From an uncultured Methanoregulaceae archaeon (GTDB lineage: Archaea > Halobacteriota > Methanomicrobia > Methanomicrobiales > Methanospirillaceae), in assembly GCA_963701095.1 (NCBI GenBank), contig OY969564.1, forward strand, positions 2,080,001 through 2,144,000: DNA of 64,000 bases, in the 5' to 3' direction. This document shows positions 52,121-62,250 of the stretch, one piece after another. The number at the start of each line of letters is the position of its first letter. Positions within the stretch are counted from its first letter, which is position 1. A model generated the notes under the pieces. That model saw only the letters and a program-made list of their open reading frames with translations, did no database searches and was not told the DNA's origin. The translations under genes were made by a program, and so were the position numbers.

Positions 52121-53538
52121 ACACTCCCCAGACTTTGAACACTGACCGAAAGATTGGCTGTTTTACCAGAGAGAGTGATGTGCGGGTTACCATCGGTTCC
52201 CCCAAGGAACGAAATATAACTGCCAGTGGTGGTGTTTCCTACAGTATAGTATGCGGTAGGGATCCCTCCAGTCAGGTTTGCTGCAGTGTTAAGGTAGGCT
52301 GCCCACATAAAGGCGGCATTCGGGTCCGGGGTCGTGAGATTGATAGTTGCATTCCATGTATTGGGACTCACCGGTGCATACGGAAGGCTGCCGGCATCGG
52401 GTTTTAACACAGTTAATACCTGCGCGGGGCTGTTACCACCGATCAACCCCGAATCAATGGGGTCGTACGAAATCGCAACGATGTTTGCAGTGATATTCCC
52501 GTTCCCGTTATACGCAAAGGTAATCTCTGGGGGGAGTTTATATGTGCTTCCATCAATCTGGGAGAGAAACACCCCGCCCATCTGGTAATAATAGGACTGG
52601 GAAATCCAGTAATTGTTGTTTGTACTGTATTCGAGAGATCCGAGCGGCACTGAATATATGTAAGTCTGAGGCTGGTAGGCATACTCTGCAGTAATGGTTG
52701 TTGTAATTAGTTGGTTGCTTGGGTCATATTTTGAAAAAGTTAAGGTTGTCGGATAGGAGATAACCGATTGCAATCCATATGCCGCGTTCATCAGATTGAC
52801 TGAATATGGTGTTGGTGTATTGGGATTAATATTGGAATATACTACTGCCCGGTTCAAGGAGGTAACTCCATTTTTTATGATAGTGATCGTAATATCGGAT
52901 CCATAACAACTAGACATATAGGTCACATTATTTCCTGTTCCTGATGTCAGGCAATCGGAAATATCAGGAGTTATATTAATTGTTGCAATCCAAGTGTTGC
53001 CGCTGATCAGGACACTTCCAGGGGCGGTGTTGTTCCAAAATGCATTTGTTGTTGAGAGGTTTATCAGTAGGCTCGAAGGAGCATTTGAATAGGTTTGCGT
53101 CGTGGGAATTTGGATTGGGCCAACTGCAGTTATGCCAGTCGTGTTGCTGATATAAGAGTTGGATAATACGGTAAAAATCTCCGGTGTAGTTGTACGTTGG
53201 TTAATTGAAAGTGTTCCGCTTGATCCTACAGGCTGAAGAATTGGTATTATACTGGTACTACCTTGCGCAGTCTGGCCTGCGGTGCCCAGCGGAAATGTTG
53301 TGCTCATGGCAATATTTTCCTGCTGGTTTGTCCAGAGCGAATCAATACCGATCTTGTAGCTGACAAACTGATCGTTTATAGTACTCATGTGATTGATTTC
53401 GTTTTCCCGGCCCTGTACCGGGACGCCATAGACCAGGTACATTGAGAATGCTACCATAATGATCCCAATGATGAGAACAAATCCAATCACTTCAGAAAGA
53501 GCCGGTTCATTGCTGAATCGAGGAGTACCGCGTCTCAT
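52117..53538 (-). CDS. Large pilin-like protein with a class III signal peptide
   Basis: EPA/LSEVIGFVLIIGII and YYYQMGGVF. Confidence 0.8.
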   Translation of the reverse strand: MRRGTPRFSNEPALSEVIGFVLIIGIIMVAFSMYLVYGVPVQGRENEINHMSTINDQFVSYKIGIDSLWTNQQENIAMSTTFPLGTAGQTAQGSTSIIPILQPVGSSGTLSINQRTTTPEIFTVLSNSYISNTTGITAVGPIQIPTTQTYSNAPSSLLINLSTTNAFWNNTAPGSVLISGNTWIATINITPDISDCLTSGTGNNVTYMSSCYGSDITITIIKNGVTSLNRAVVYSNINPNTPTPYSVNLMNAAYGLQSVISYPTTLTFSKYDPSNQLITTTITAEYAYQPQTYIYSVPLGSLEYSTNNNYWISQSYYYQMGGVFLSQIDGSTYKLPPEITFAYNGNGNITANIVAISYDPIDSGLIGGNSPAQVLTVLKPDAGSLPYAPVSPNTWNATINLTTPDPNAAFMWAAYLNTAANLTGGIPTAYYTVGNTTTGSYISFLGGTDGNPHITLSGKTANLSVSVQSLGSV

Positions 53539-53785
53539 AACCAGAATATTCCTTTATGTTTGATTTATATAGTTGTTAGCTCTCTTTTTCGCCCCAGATA
53601 TGTCGCTCTCTGTCTCGATCCAATTATTTTCTCCCCTTTAATATAACTCCAGCAAATTAGGTGAATTATAAGGTAAGGTGTTAATACCGGAGATAGCAGA
53701 TTTAACAGGAGGTTATTAATCTGCCAAAAGTGAAAAGAAGGAATCCGGCACGTCACAGCACACCTCGGGAAACGATGTTTTCAAA

Positions 53786-54381
53786 ATGGTTTTTGACCGG
53801 ATCCAGACCGGCATTTTGATTATCGACCCGGAAACCCATACAATCATCGATGCCAACAATCACGCCGAGTCCCTGTTGAATACCAAAAAGAAAAACCTTA
53901 TTGGAAAAGTTTGCCACGATTTTGTCTGCCCGGCTCACTGCGGCAAATGCCCGATTACCGATTTGAATACTCCGCTCCATAATATTGAACGTACGCTCAT
54001 CGCGGCCAATGGTGAGAGGATTCCCATTCTTAAAACCGTCGCACAGGCCCCCATGGGCAAAAAGACATACTGATTGAGAGTTTTGTTGATATACGTGACC
54101 GGAAAAAAGCAGAGGAACGCAGAACTGCGTTGCTTGCGTATCTCAACGAATCTGTCCTCCGGATCAATAAACCCCTCGAATTGATCGGGAAAAACCTGTG
54201 CCATATCGAACAGCAGGTAGGTTCCGGGGATTTTACTACTGAAGAAATCCAGATGCAAATCCGGCTTCAGTGTAACAATATTAAAACTATAATAGCAACA
54301 CTTCAGGATCTTATCTCTAAAGCAGCAGCTGAACGGGATGATATACCAGAAAACTTCCGGGAATTTTTTATCGGGAAGTGA
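53786..54381 (+). CDS. PAS-domain protein (frameshift at ~54060)
   Basis: GILIID..THTIIDAN and IGKVCHDFVC. Continues in the frame of ORF 54130-54381. Confidence 0.75.
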
Positions 54382-54971
54382 GTTCGTTGTCGGATATTTT
54401 GTCCCTGAATCTTTCTACAGATACTCATCTCTATCTCCTCTTATCACCACCTCAGGACATCAATGCCATGAACCTGATGGTGATAAAAAAAATTCTGGCT
54501 GCAGAATGTACACCTATCGTGATTTCTCTCAACCAGCCAAGCCAGGTACTGGTAAAATCCTACGCAAAAGAAGGAATAACTCTAGATCGATTTTACGTGA
54601 TTGATGCAGTCACGCATTATTCCGGGGGCACCTGTCTGCCAAACGCGCATATCCGGTATGTCAATCATCCTTCTGATTTAACCGGGCTTGGCATCGCAAT
54701 TGCAGAATTTCTCCGCCAGATACCCTCTCCCCGGAAATGTATCGTGTTTGATTCGGTAAGTATGCTGTTGATCCATATTCCCTCAGCTACAGCTTCAAAG
54801 TTTCTTCATTTCGTTGTTAACAAGCTGAAGATATCCGAAGTGTCAGGTGTATTTTTGTGCGTGGAAAACGGTTTAGATCCTGTAATCCTTTTCCAGATGT
54901 CGGCATTTGTGGATAAAATTGTGAACTATGAGGAGCAAAAGAACCCTTCAATCCCCAAGCAGGGTTTTTGA
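54378..54971 (+). CDS. KaiC/RecA-like, probably inactive ATPase-domain protein
   Basis: YVIDAVT, PSDLTGLGI and IVFDSVS. No Walker A. Confidence 0.7.
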   Translation: MSSLSDILSLNLSTDTHLYLLLSPPQDINAMNLMVIKKILAAECTPIVISLNQPSQVLVKSYAKEGITLDRFYVIDAVTHYSGGTCLPNAHIRYVNHPSDLTGLGIAIAEFLRQIPSPRKCIVFDSVSMLLIHIPSATASKFLHFVVNKLKISEVSGVFLCVENGLDPVILFQMSAFVDKIVNYEEQKNPSIPKQGF

Positions 54972-55865
54972 AATAATATATTCCCCTTTTGCCTCACGGG
55001 TCGTACCAACGATAAGCCACTTTTCTGCACCGTGCTGCTCTATGACTCCACAAGCTTCTATTTTCTCACCTGCGAGAGCCTGTCCGCTGTACGTGTGAGT
55101 AAATGACAGGACCCGGCTAACCGATTCATGATCGATAGTGTACACAGCCGGATTGTCAAAAGAGAGGGATGAATCCGTTACTTTTGCTTCGATCGTATCC
55201 TTACCAAGAGTCTCCCCTTTGCCGGACGGTGCTCCCTTCAGGTTGTCATAGGATCGGGTATAGAGTATATCAAAATAGGTCCCATCGATCTGGCCTCGGT
55301 TCCATTTTCTCTGCTCGTGAAGCACAAAGACTTCAAAGGGAATATCTGGTTTGCGTTTCTCGTAGACTTTACGCCACATTTCCGGGGACATTCCTTCGAT
55401 AGTACCTTCAAAAATACCCTGTTTTACCAAGGATTGCGCGGTAAACCAGTGGCTACCGTAAACCACGAGATCAATATCCGAATTTGCATTTTCAAGGCCG
55501 CACAAAAGCGATCCCGTACAGCCAATCGCTCCCCGGGGTAAACTGAACATATCGATTAAACGTCTGACCCGATCATGCGAGCCTGCAATTCGGTCTATCT
55601 CCAGATCTGGCTTCAAAACCCGGCGTAGATCCCTGGTGGGTATGCGCTGGACAAGACCTGCATATTCCGGTTTATCGCGCGCGATCCTCGCGTAAGCGTC
55701 CTCAAAATCATATTTACGGTATTGCCGCCCGGATCGGGATATTCGTTCCCCTCCGGTTTCTGGGACATAGCGGAGTACGCATCCCACTTTTTGTTCGTTG
55801 TCATAAGTAGAAACAGCGTAGATCCAGCCGTCGGGATCTTCTACAAAATCGCGCAGGCGGATAGG
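54948..55865 (-). CDS. Archaeal Pol-beta-type nucleotidyltransferase
   Basis: IRLRDF and GCTGSLLCG..SDIDLVVYG. The start position is approximate. Confidence 0.8.
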   Translation of the reverse strand, partial: PIRLRDFVEDPDGWIYAVSTYDNEQKVGCVLRYVPETGGERISRSGRQYRKYDFEDAYARIARDKPEYAGLVQRIPTRDLRRVLKPDLEIDRIAGSHDRVRRLIDMFSLPRGAIGCTGSLLCGLENANSDIDLVVYGSHWFTAQSLVKQGIFEGTIEGMSPEMWRKVYEKRKPDIPFEVFVLHEQRKWNRGQIDGTYFDILYTRSYDNLKGAPSGKGETLGKDTIEAKVTDSSLSFDNPAVYTIDHESVSRVLSFTHTYSGQALAGEKIEACGVIEQHGAEKWLIVGTTREAKGEYIISKTLLGD

Positions 55866-55881
55866 TAACATAAAAACGGTT

Positions 55882-56454
55882 TCAGCGGGATTTGAGGAAT
55901 TCTTCGATCGCATCCGCATCGGTACCCCGGCGGATAATCGATTTTCTGACGAGATCTACGACTGTGCTTGGAGTCCCGGAAAGTCTTCCACCATCGATAA
56001 AAAGATCACGCGGCACAGTGCACTCTTCCGGCGTCTGTGGGTCTTTTCCTCCCGACAGATTCGCACTGGTTGCTGTAATCGGGGCATCAAATCGCTCTAT
56101 GATCTGGAGAGCTACTCCATGTGCCGGAATGCGAATACCAATCATCCCGGCTCCTCCCGTCAGGATATCAGGAATTGTTTTTCTTGCCGGTATTATTACA
56201 GTTACCGGCCCGGGAAGGAATTTTTCAATAAATTCTTCCATGGATCTGTCAACATGAGATACTGCAGCAAGCATCTCGAAATCGGAGACTGCGATGGAAA
56301 TCGGTTTTGCAAGATCCCGTTTTTTTGCTTCGTACACTTTTTCTATCGCTTCATCAGAAAAGGCATCGGCCCCGAGACCATAAAGTGTGTCAGTTGGATA
56401 GATGATGAGACCGTCATGCATCAGCACCGATACTGCACGGTCGATTATATCCAT
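55882..56454 (-). CDS. sua5: L-threonylcarbamoyladenylate synthase (TsaC/Sua5)
   Basis: YPTDTLYGL, KKR, PGPVT, TSANLSG and PSTVVD. Confidence 0.92.
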   Translation of the reverse strand: MDIIDRAVSVLMHDGLIIYPTDTLYGLGADAFSDEAIEKVYEAKKRDLAKPISIAVSDFEMLAAVSHVDRSMEEFIEKFLPGPVTVIIPARKTIPDILTGGAGMIGIRIPAHGVALQIIERFDAPITATSANLSGGKDPQTPEECTVPRDLFIDGGRLSGTPSTVVDLVRKSIIRRGTDADAIEEFLKSR

Positions 56455-57131
56455 TAAAATTCCCTGCCGCGGACGCGTTGGATGTCGAATACTGCCTTGC
56501 TGCTCACATGCATTACGGCGAATACACCTGCCTGGATCGGGTCGGTGACCACCAAGTCCGCATGATCAGGTACTGTCCCTGCCATCTTGAGTGCGATTAC
56601 CGGGATACCGGCTTCCCGGACGCGATCCACCGCTTTTGAAATATCCCCTCCCATGATCGATCCAGCAAGCACAAGAATGGACGCACGTGGCAGCCGCGAC
56701 ACTGCATCTACGGCGAGGGCCAGGGTTCGTTCACCGACGAGGGGGATAGTATCAACAGATATTCTTTCGCCCCGGATATTATGTCGGTCAGCTTCGTTAA
56801 CAGCACCGAGCGCTACTTGTGCAACCTGCGCGCCACCACCAATAATAATAACCCGGGAGCCAAAAATATCTCCAAACGGCTGGAAACTCTTAACACTCTT
56901 GACTGATTTAATACCTTCAAGATCGCGCACCAAATGCTCCGGATTAGGCCCCGGTTCATATTCCAGGTAAAGTTCTCCCATTCCTGAGTAAGGTCCGGAA
57001 TCAAAAATTTCCTGGTTAATCATGAGGATGTTTGCCCCATGTTCGGCAATCACCGTCGCAATATCCCGCAGAACACCTCTGGTATTCTCGGCTATGATTC
57101 GCATTGCACAGCGTTCAGATTCCGTATCCAT
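56454..57131 (-). CDS. Conserved methanogen ACT-domain protein
   Basis: N-terminal ACT-like region, GGGAQVAQVA and EADRHNIRGERISVDTIP. Confidence 0.8.
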   Translation of the reverse strand: MDTESERCAMRIIAENTRGVLRDIATVIAEHGANILMINQEIFDSGPYSGMGELYLEYEPGPNPEHLVRDLEGIKSVKSVKSFQPFGDIFGSRVIIIGGGAQVAQVALGAVNEADRHNIRGERISVDTIPLVGERTLALAVDAVSRLPRASILVLAGSIMGGDISKAVDRVREAGIPVIALKMAGTVPDHADLVVTDPIQAGVFAVMHVSSKAVFDIQRVRGREF

Positions 57132-57140
57132 AGCAACTGA

Positions 57141-57209
57141 TGCGATAGCCGGGGATCGAACCGGGTTAGAAGCTGGGAAGCTCCTGTCCTGCCGCTAGAC
57201 TACTATCGC
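57141..57209 (-). tRNA. tRNA-Gly (probably CCC)
   Basis: Reverse complement GCGATAG...TTCCCA...GGTTCGATCCCCGG CTATCGC A with a paired acceptor stem. The anticodon loop and T-stem each appear 1 nt short. Confidence 0.85.
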
Positions 57210-57414
57210 TTTTGAATACTGCGCTATGATATTGCCTTATTTCGAAGATAAATATAGTGTTGCCTCGCGGAAAAGGTATCTGTCTTGTCGAAATTTTTAT
57301 GAAAGACGACGGAGCATAATAAATATACCGGATGCATGTTTATGTGCCTTGGTTATGCGCAGGCGGACACACTTGCTATCCAGATCTGTGTTATAATACC
57401 GGAGACCTCTACCA

Positions 57415-58334
57415 TGAAACCTCAACAGATTTTCTTAACACTAATGCTGGCAGCAGCAGTTATCCTGATTGTATGCCCTGTCCAGGCGGATTCAGGGACA
57501 CAAAGTATACTCTACCAGACTAATTTTGCGACTAATCCTTACTGGACCACCAATAATCCATCGACGGATTACTGGAATTCTTTGGGTGAATCGTATAATT
57601 TCGGTATTCAGCCAAGTACCGGAAATTATGCCTATTCTCCGCCAATTAACTACGAGGGCGGATCATTCACGTTAGATTACGATGTCACCATTGAAAACAT
57701 GGATCCGGGGGCAACGTTCCGTCTTGGTTTCACTGGTGCAGATATGGATTTCAATAAAGGCCCCAATGTAATTACTGCATTTACCAACACAAAAGACGGC
57801 CTGATCATGGTGCTTCATACCGTTAGTGAGAGTGCGATTCAGAGTGAAGTTTCAAGCGCCTATGCTTCATATGGAGGACCGACGGTCAACTACCAGCTCA
57901 ATACCACCTATCACGTCGATGTTAATTATAATAATGATACGAATGTTGTTACTGAAACGGTTACAAACAAGCAAACCGGTCAACAGCTCTGGAGTTACTT
58001 CACTTCCACCCAATCTCGCCTTAGGGACATGAACCGGATCTATCTGGGCAATGTAGGTGATTATGGCGCAATGGACATCTATGCTGTCGGTTATATTGAT
58101 AGTGTTCGTCTAACCGCAACTGCTCCGGCTACCCCGGCAACTCCGACACCGGTTCCGGTATCGACCAAACCCACCTTTGCAATCAATCAGACGATTCTTC
58201 CGACTATTACCGCCACCTTTACCCCTATTAAGACCGTAACAAACAAGTCTCCTTTGTCAGGAATGATCGCAATTGCTGCTCTTGGTGCGATCGGGGCCAT
58301 CACGATCGGAAGAACCGCGAAAAAGAAAAGGTAA
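57415..58334 (+). CDS. Secreted surface protein with a C-terminal sorting signal
   Basis: Signal peptide, Pro/Thr linker, and a KSPLSG + TM + KKR tail (archaeosortase-type). Confidence 0.75.
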
Positions 58335-58564
58335 ATTTCCTAAATTCCACTGGTAAAACCAGTGTTCACAACCTCTTTTTAAGGATGTTCGGCCTGTTCA
58401 AACGACGGTAGCAGATCTAAAGGAAGCAGCGGCATAGATATGGATTGAGAAGCGAGTGCCTGGTCTATTCGGCACCTGCAATCTGTTCTTTTTACGCAAA
58501 GGATAAAAAAGAAGTATGGGGTGGCTTTTCTGTAAAGCCTGGAGGATGTGTGTAAGGTTTCTGC

Positions 58565-58855
58565 TCAGTTGCCTTTCCAATTGCTCGTTCCAAGTGCAAA
58601 AAGGATGTTCAATCGTTCGTACTGGTGCTTGTCAGATCCGATGATTTCAGACCCAGTAGGGGACGGTACAGAGCTACAATCAGTGGCCTGCCCTGAACCA
58701 CCGATGTAATCTGACTGCCCGGTAAGGAAATTATCACCGGATTTTACAGCGCCCACAGGATGAACCAGAAGTCCAATCATGAGTAAAAGCATTGCTGTCC
58801 CCATAAGGATTTTACCGGTATCCACGTGAGTGCCTCCGTTCTTTTTTGCGTTCAT
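58565..58855 (-). CDS. Small hypothetical secreted protein
   Basis: Signal-peptide-like N-terminus. May be truncated by an indel. Confidence 0.4.
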   Translation of the reverse strand: MNAKKNGGTHVDTGKILMGTAMLLLMIGLLVHPVGAVKSGDNFLTGQSDYIGGSGQATDCSSVPSPTGSEIIGSDKHQYERLNILFALGTSNWKGN

Positions 58856-58947
58856 GGGTCGGTGACACGCCGAAATGCTTCCCGGGTATCACCTGATCAC
58901 GTAGTTGCATACAACTGCTGATATATTACCCCCATGATACCGGTTAG

Positions 58948-58986
58948 ACCATTGAACCTGCAGGTTACATGGTATTTATCAATGGT
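58948..58986. promoter_or_regulatory. Palindromic candidate operator upstream of the HTH-FHA gene
   Basis: ACCAT-TG-AACCTGCAGGTT-AC-ATGGT, plus an inverted pair ACCATTGA / TCAATGGT. Confidence 0.45.
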
Positions 58987-59062
58987 TCCATCCATAAAAA
59001 TGGTACAACTCGTAGAAGTACGTGCATAGGGTTATAGGAAGACAAAGCGACGTACTTCTTAG

Positions 59063-59855
59063 GATGAATATGAACCCGGCAGACAAGTCTCCCACAATCG
59101 TCGTTGAGGATACGGAGGATTCTCTAGATGAGTTATCAGAGTATCTGGATGTGCTTTCGAGCAGCGCCCGGCTCAGGATTGTGAAGTTTCTTGAAAAGAA
59201 ACCCCGAGATGCCCGGGCAATCTCCCGTGAGATCGAGACCAGTTACGAAAACACAAAAAAGCATCTTGATAAGCTCATGGGTATCGGTGTAATAAAAAAG
59301 GAGGCCGGCCTTGGATCTCCTACATCCAAAGGTATTCACCCGGTCTGGCAGTATTCTCTTGTCCCAGGAGGCCTTGAATCCATTATCCGCAACCTCGGTT
59401 TGTTCTCTAATACCCGGGTTCAGATTATTGGCGGGGAAATATCAAGAAGACTGGAATCGGTTAAAAGCACCCTCTCAAAGGAAGTACTGGGGAATGTCCC
59501 GGCCGTTATTGTTCTCGGAGGGCATGACGATGGTAAAACATTCCTTTTGAGGAATGATGGTGTGCGGGTCGGCAGAAGTGATCCGGAACGCCCTGCGGGG
59601 GCGACAGGTGACGGTGATGTCGAAATCTCCGGTACTTACACGGCGGTCACTAGGATATCAAAACCTCACGGTAAATTTCTCCAAAAAAAAGATGGATGGT
59701 ATTTTGAAGATTGTGGAAGTACCGGGGGATCGATGCTGAATAACGCACGACTGGAACGCAACGTACCCACACATGTCCACGACGGAGACCTTCTTGAACT
59801 TGCAAAAGGGGCCGGTGGGGCAAGGCTGTTGTTAATTATACCAAAAAATCCATAA
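59063..59855 (+). CDS. ArsR-type HTH + FHA domain regulator
   Basis: LSSSARLRIVKFL..KKHLDKL HTH, and FHA motifs VGR, ISKPHG and DCGSTGGS. Confidence 0.85.
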
Positions 59856-59917
59856 CGTCTGTATATTTCTTTGAACACATTTGCACTGGGTTATACCGCA
59901 ATCCCAAACTTCGATTA

Positions 59918-62033
59918 ATGAATAGGAATATGATCCAAAACAATACCCGCATCAAGATAAGCATTCAATACGTGGCTCTTTTCTGCTTTGCAGCTGTGCT
60001 CATAAGTGCAGTCTGTATTCAGGTGGTATCAGGAGCACAATATATAGTTGCACCTTCTGGTGGAGGATTTACAAGCATTCAGACTGCAGTTACGTGGGCC
60101 TCCCCTCTTGATACGGTTATCGTCCGGAGTGGGACATATCCGGGCACGGTCAAAATTGATAAAAAACTCAATCTTATAGGAGTAGATACAGGTGGGGGGC
60201 GCCGGTCATCGACCCGGGAAAAAAGGATCAGCTCTTGAAATTGACGCAGATGGTTGTTCTGTCGAGGGGTTCACCATTCAAAACAGTGCAACGGCAAGCG
60301 GCATTCTTGTTATCTCAAACGGTAACACCATCGAAAATAACACTATCTCCGGGAACACCGCCGGAATTCAACTCTCTTCATCAAATGGAAATTCTATCGT
60401 TGGTAACACGGTTACTGATAACAATCGTGCAGGCATCGTACTCAGAGGTGCTGACAATAATCTGATACAAGGAAATACAATAACAAAAAACACTATCGGA
60501 ATAACGCTCGATGAACAGTCGAATGGCAATACTATCACTTACAACACATTCTCAAATACCGAAAACGTCCTTTCACGGGGCACTGATCAGCTCTGGGAAT
60601 CGCCTTTCCCTCTCTCCTATGTTTATCTGGGGAGATCATTTACCGGAAAACTGGGCAATTACTGGAGTGATTACCGGGGTAGTGACCAGAATTCCGATGG
60701 CATCGGAGATTCGCCATATATTGTGCGGTCGGCAGCAAATTTAAATTCAGGAACAACCCTCATCCAGAATGAAGTCGATCCCGCTCCTCTCATGGACCCG
60801 ATTGGGTATTATCTGCAGATCCAGCCTGCATCTGCTTCGGGAATGACAACAGTACAGCCGATAAGTGTACTGGTAACCCCAACTGCGGGAACGTCACCCG
60901 GCAATGCCGGATCACCGACTACTACACCGGGCCGCGGGGATCGCCTGCTCGTAACACTTATTGCACTGGTTATTTTGATTTGTATTGTCGGTGCTGGATG
61001 TGTGCTCTTCATCCGGTCCCGAACTAAACGGAAACGCCAAATTCCCACCATTTCTGATGGCTTGGGAGACACACATCCTCGTCCGGCACTGGGAGTACTT
61101 GAAAAAGAACCGACTATTAATGTCGAACACCCTGAAGATATCGGTGCAAAAGTAACAACCCCGACACCCGAGACCGAAGTGGCGCCTGCACATCAGGAAA
61201 CTCCACAGGCTGCAGGGCCGAAATTTTATTTTCCCCCGGAACTCGAGAGCCGTTACGGGGATATCCGGCATATCGGCCGCGGGGGTGTTGCCCACGTTTT
61301 TGCGGCACACCGAAAATCAGACAACCTTCTTATCGCTGTAAAGATCCCCATCAGTTTTGATGAAGTGACGGGCAAATGCTTTTTGAATGAGATTGCTGCA
61401 TGGCAGACGCTGAGGCACAAAAACATTGTTGAAGTACTAGAAGTGAACATCCTTCCTGTTCCCTATGTCGAGATGGAATATGTACCAGGATCACTTGAGT
61501 CTGTACCGAAACCCATGCCCGTCTGGAAAGCTGTTCATATGGTTCATGGAATTGCTGACGGTCTTGCATATGCCCATGCACATGGCATCATACACCGCGA
61601 CATCAAGCCACACAATATTCTCGTAACCGGCGATTTTGTGCCTAAAATAACTGACTGGGGCATGAGTAAGGTTATTGCGACTACGATGGAGAAATCAAGT
61701 GTAGCCGGGTTCTCCTTATCGTACGCAGCGCCGGAGCAAGTGTCTCCTGCCGAATTCGGGAGGACTGATGTTCGTACCGATATCTACCAACTGGGCGCCC
61801 TCTTTTACGAACTGGTTACTGGATCAATACCTTTTGGGGGGGAGAGTATTGTCGAAGTTGGTAACGCCATTGTCAGGGACGACCCAATACCCCCGACGGA
61901 ATATAATCCTGATGCGGAAGCCGTGGAAAAGATAATCCTAAAATGCCTCGCGAAAAATCCATCGGATCGTTACCAGTCTGCGAGTGAGGTGCTGGATGCA
62001 TTATCCCGGTATCTTGATGAAGATGATGAATAA
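59918..62033 (+). CDS. Membrane Ser/Thr kinase with an extracellular NosD/pectin-lyase beta-helix (frameshift at ~60200)
   Basis: Signal peptide, FTSIQTAV, beta-helix repeats, GNYWSDY, TM helix, then GRGGVA, AVK, HRDIKPHN, DWG and YAAPE. Confidence 0.9.
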
Positions 62034-62052
62034 AGAACCATGACTGATCGCG

Positions 62053-62244
62053 ATGGCAGATAAACCTGGGACATATGAATCCGCAATTTGCGGTCATTGT
62101 AGTGGTTTAGGATGCATATACTGCAATAAAACGGGAACCGTCCTTGTGCAGGCGCCTAAGAAGATCTGCCCTGAATGTGATGGGGTTGGTTGTATCTACT
62201 GCGGGTTTACGGGATGGGCGCACCCGAAAGGAAAATACGACTAA
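62053..62244 (+). CDS. Small DnaJ-type zinc-finger protein
   Basis: CGHCSGLGCIYC and CPECDGVGCIYCG. Confidence 0.75.
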   Translation: MADKPGTYESAICGHCSGLGCIYCNKTGTVLVQAPKKICPECDGVGCIYCGFTGWAHPKGKYD

Positions 62245-62250
62245 TAGTGT

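Noticed and set aside
57141..57209. tRNA-Gly as the proviral attachment site
   Set aside because: It is 25 kb from the viral genes, lies among host genes, and I saw no duplicated 3' end in the window.
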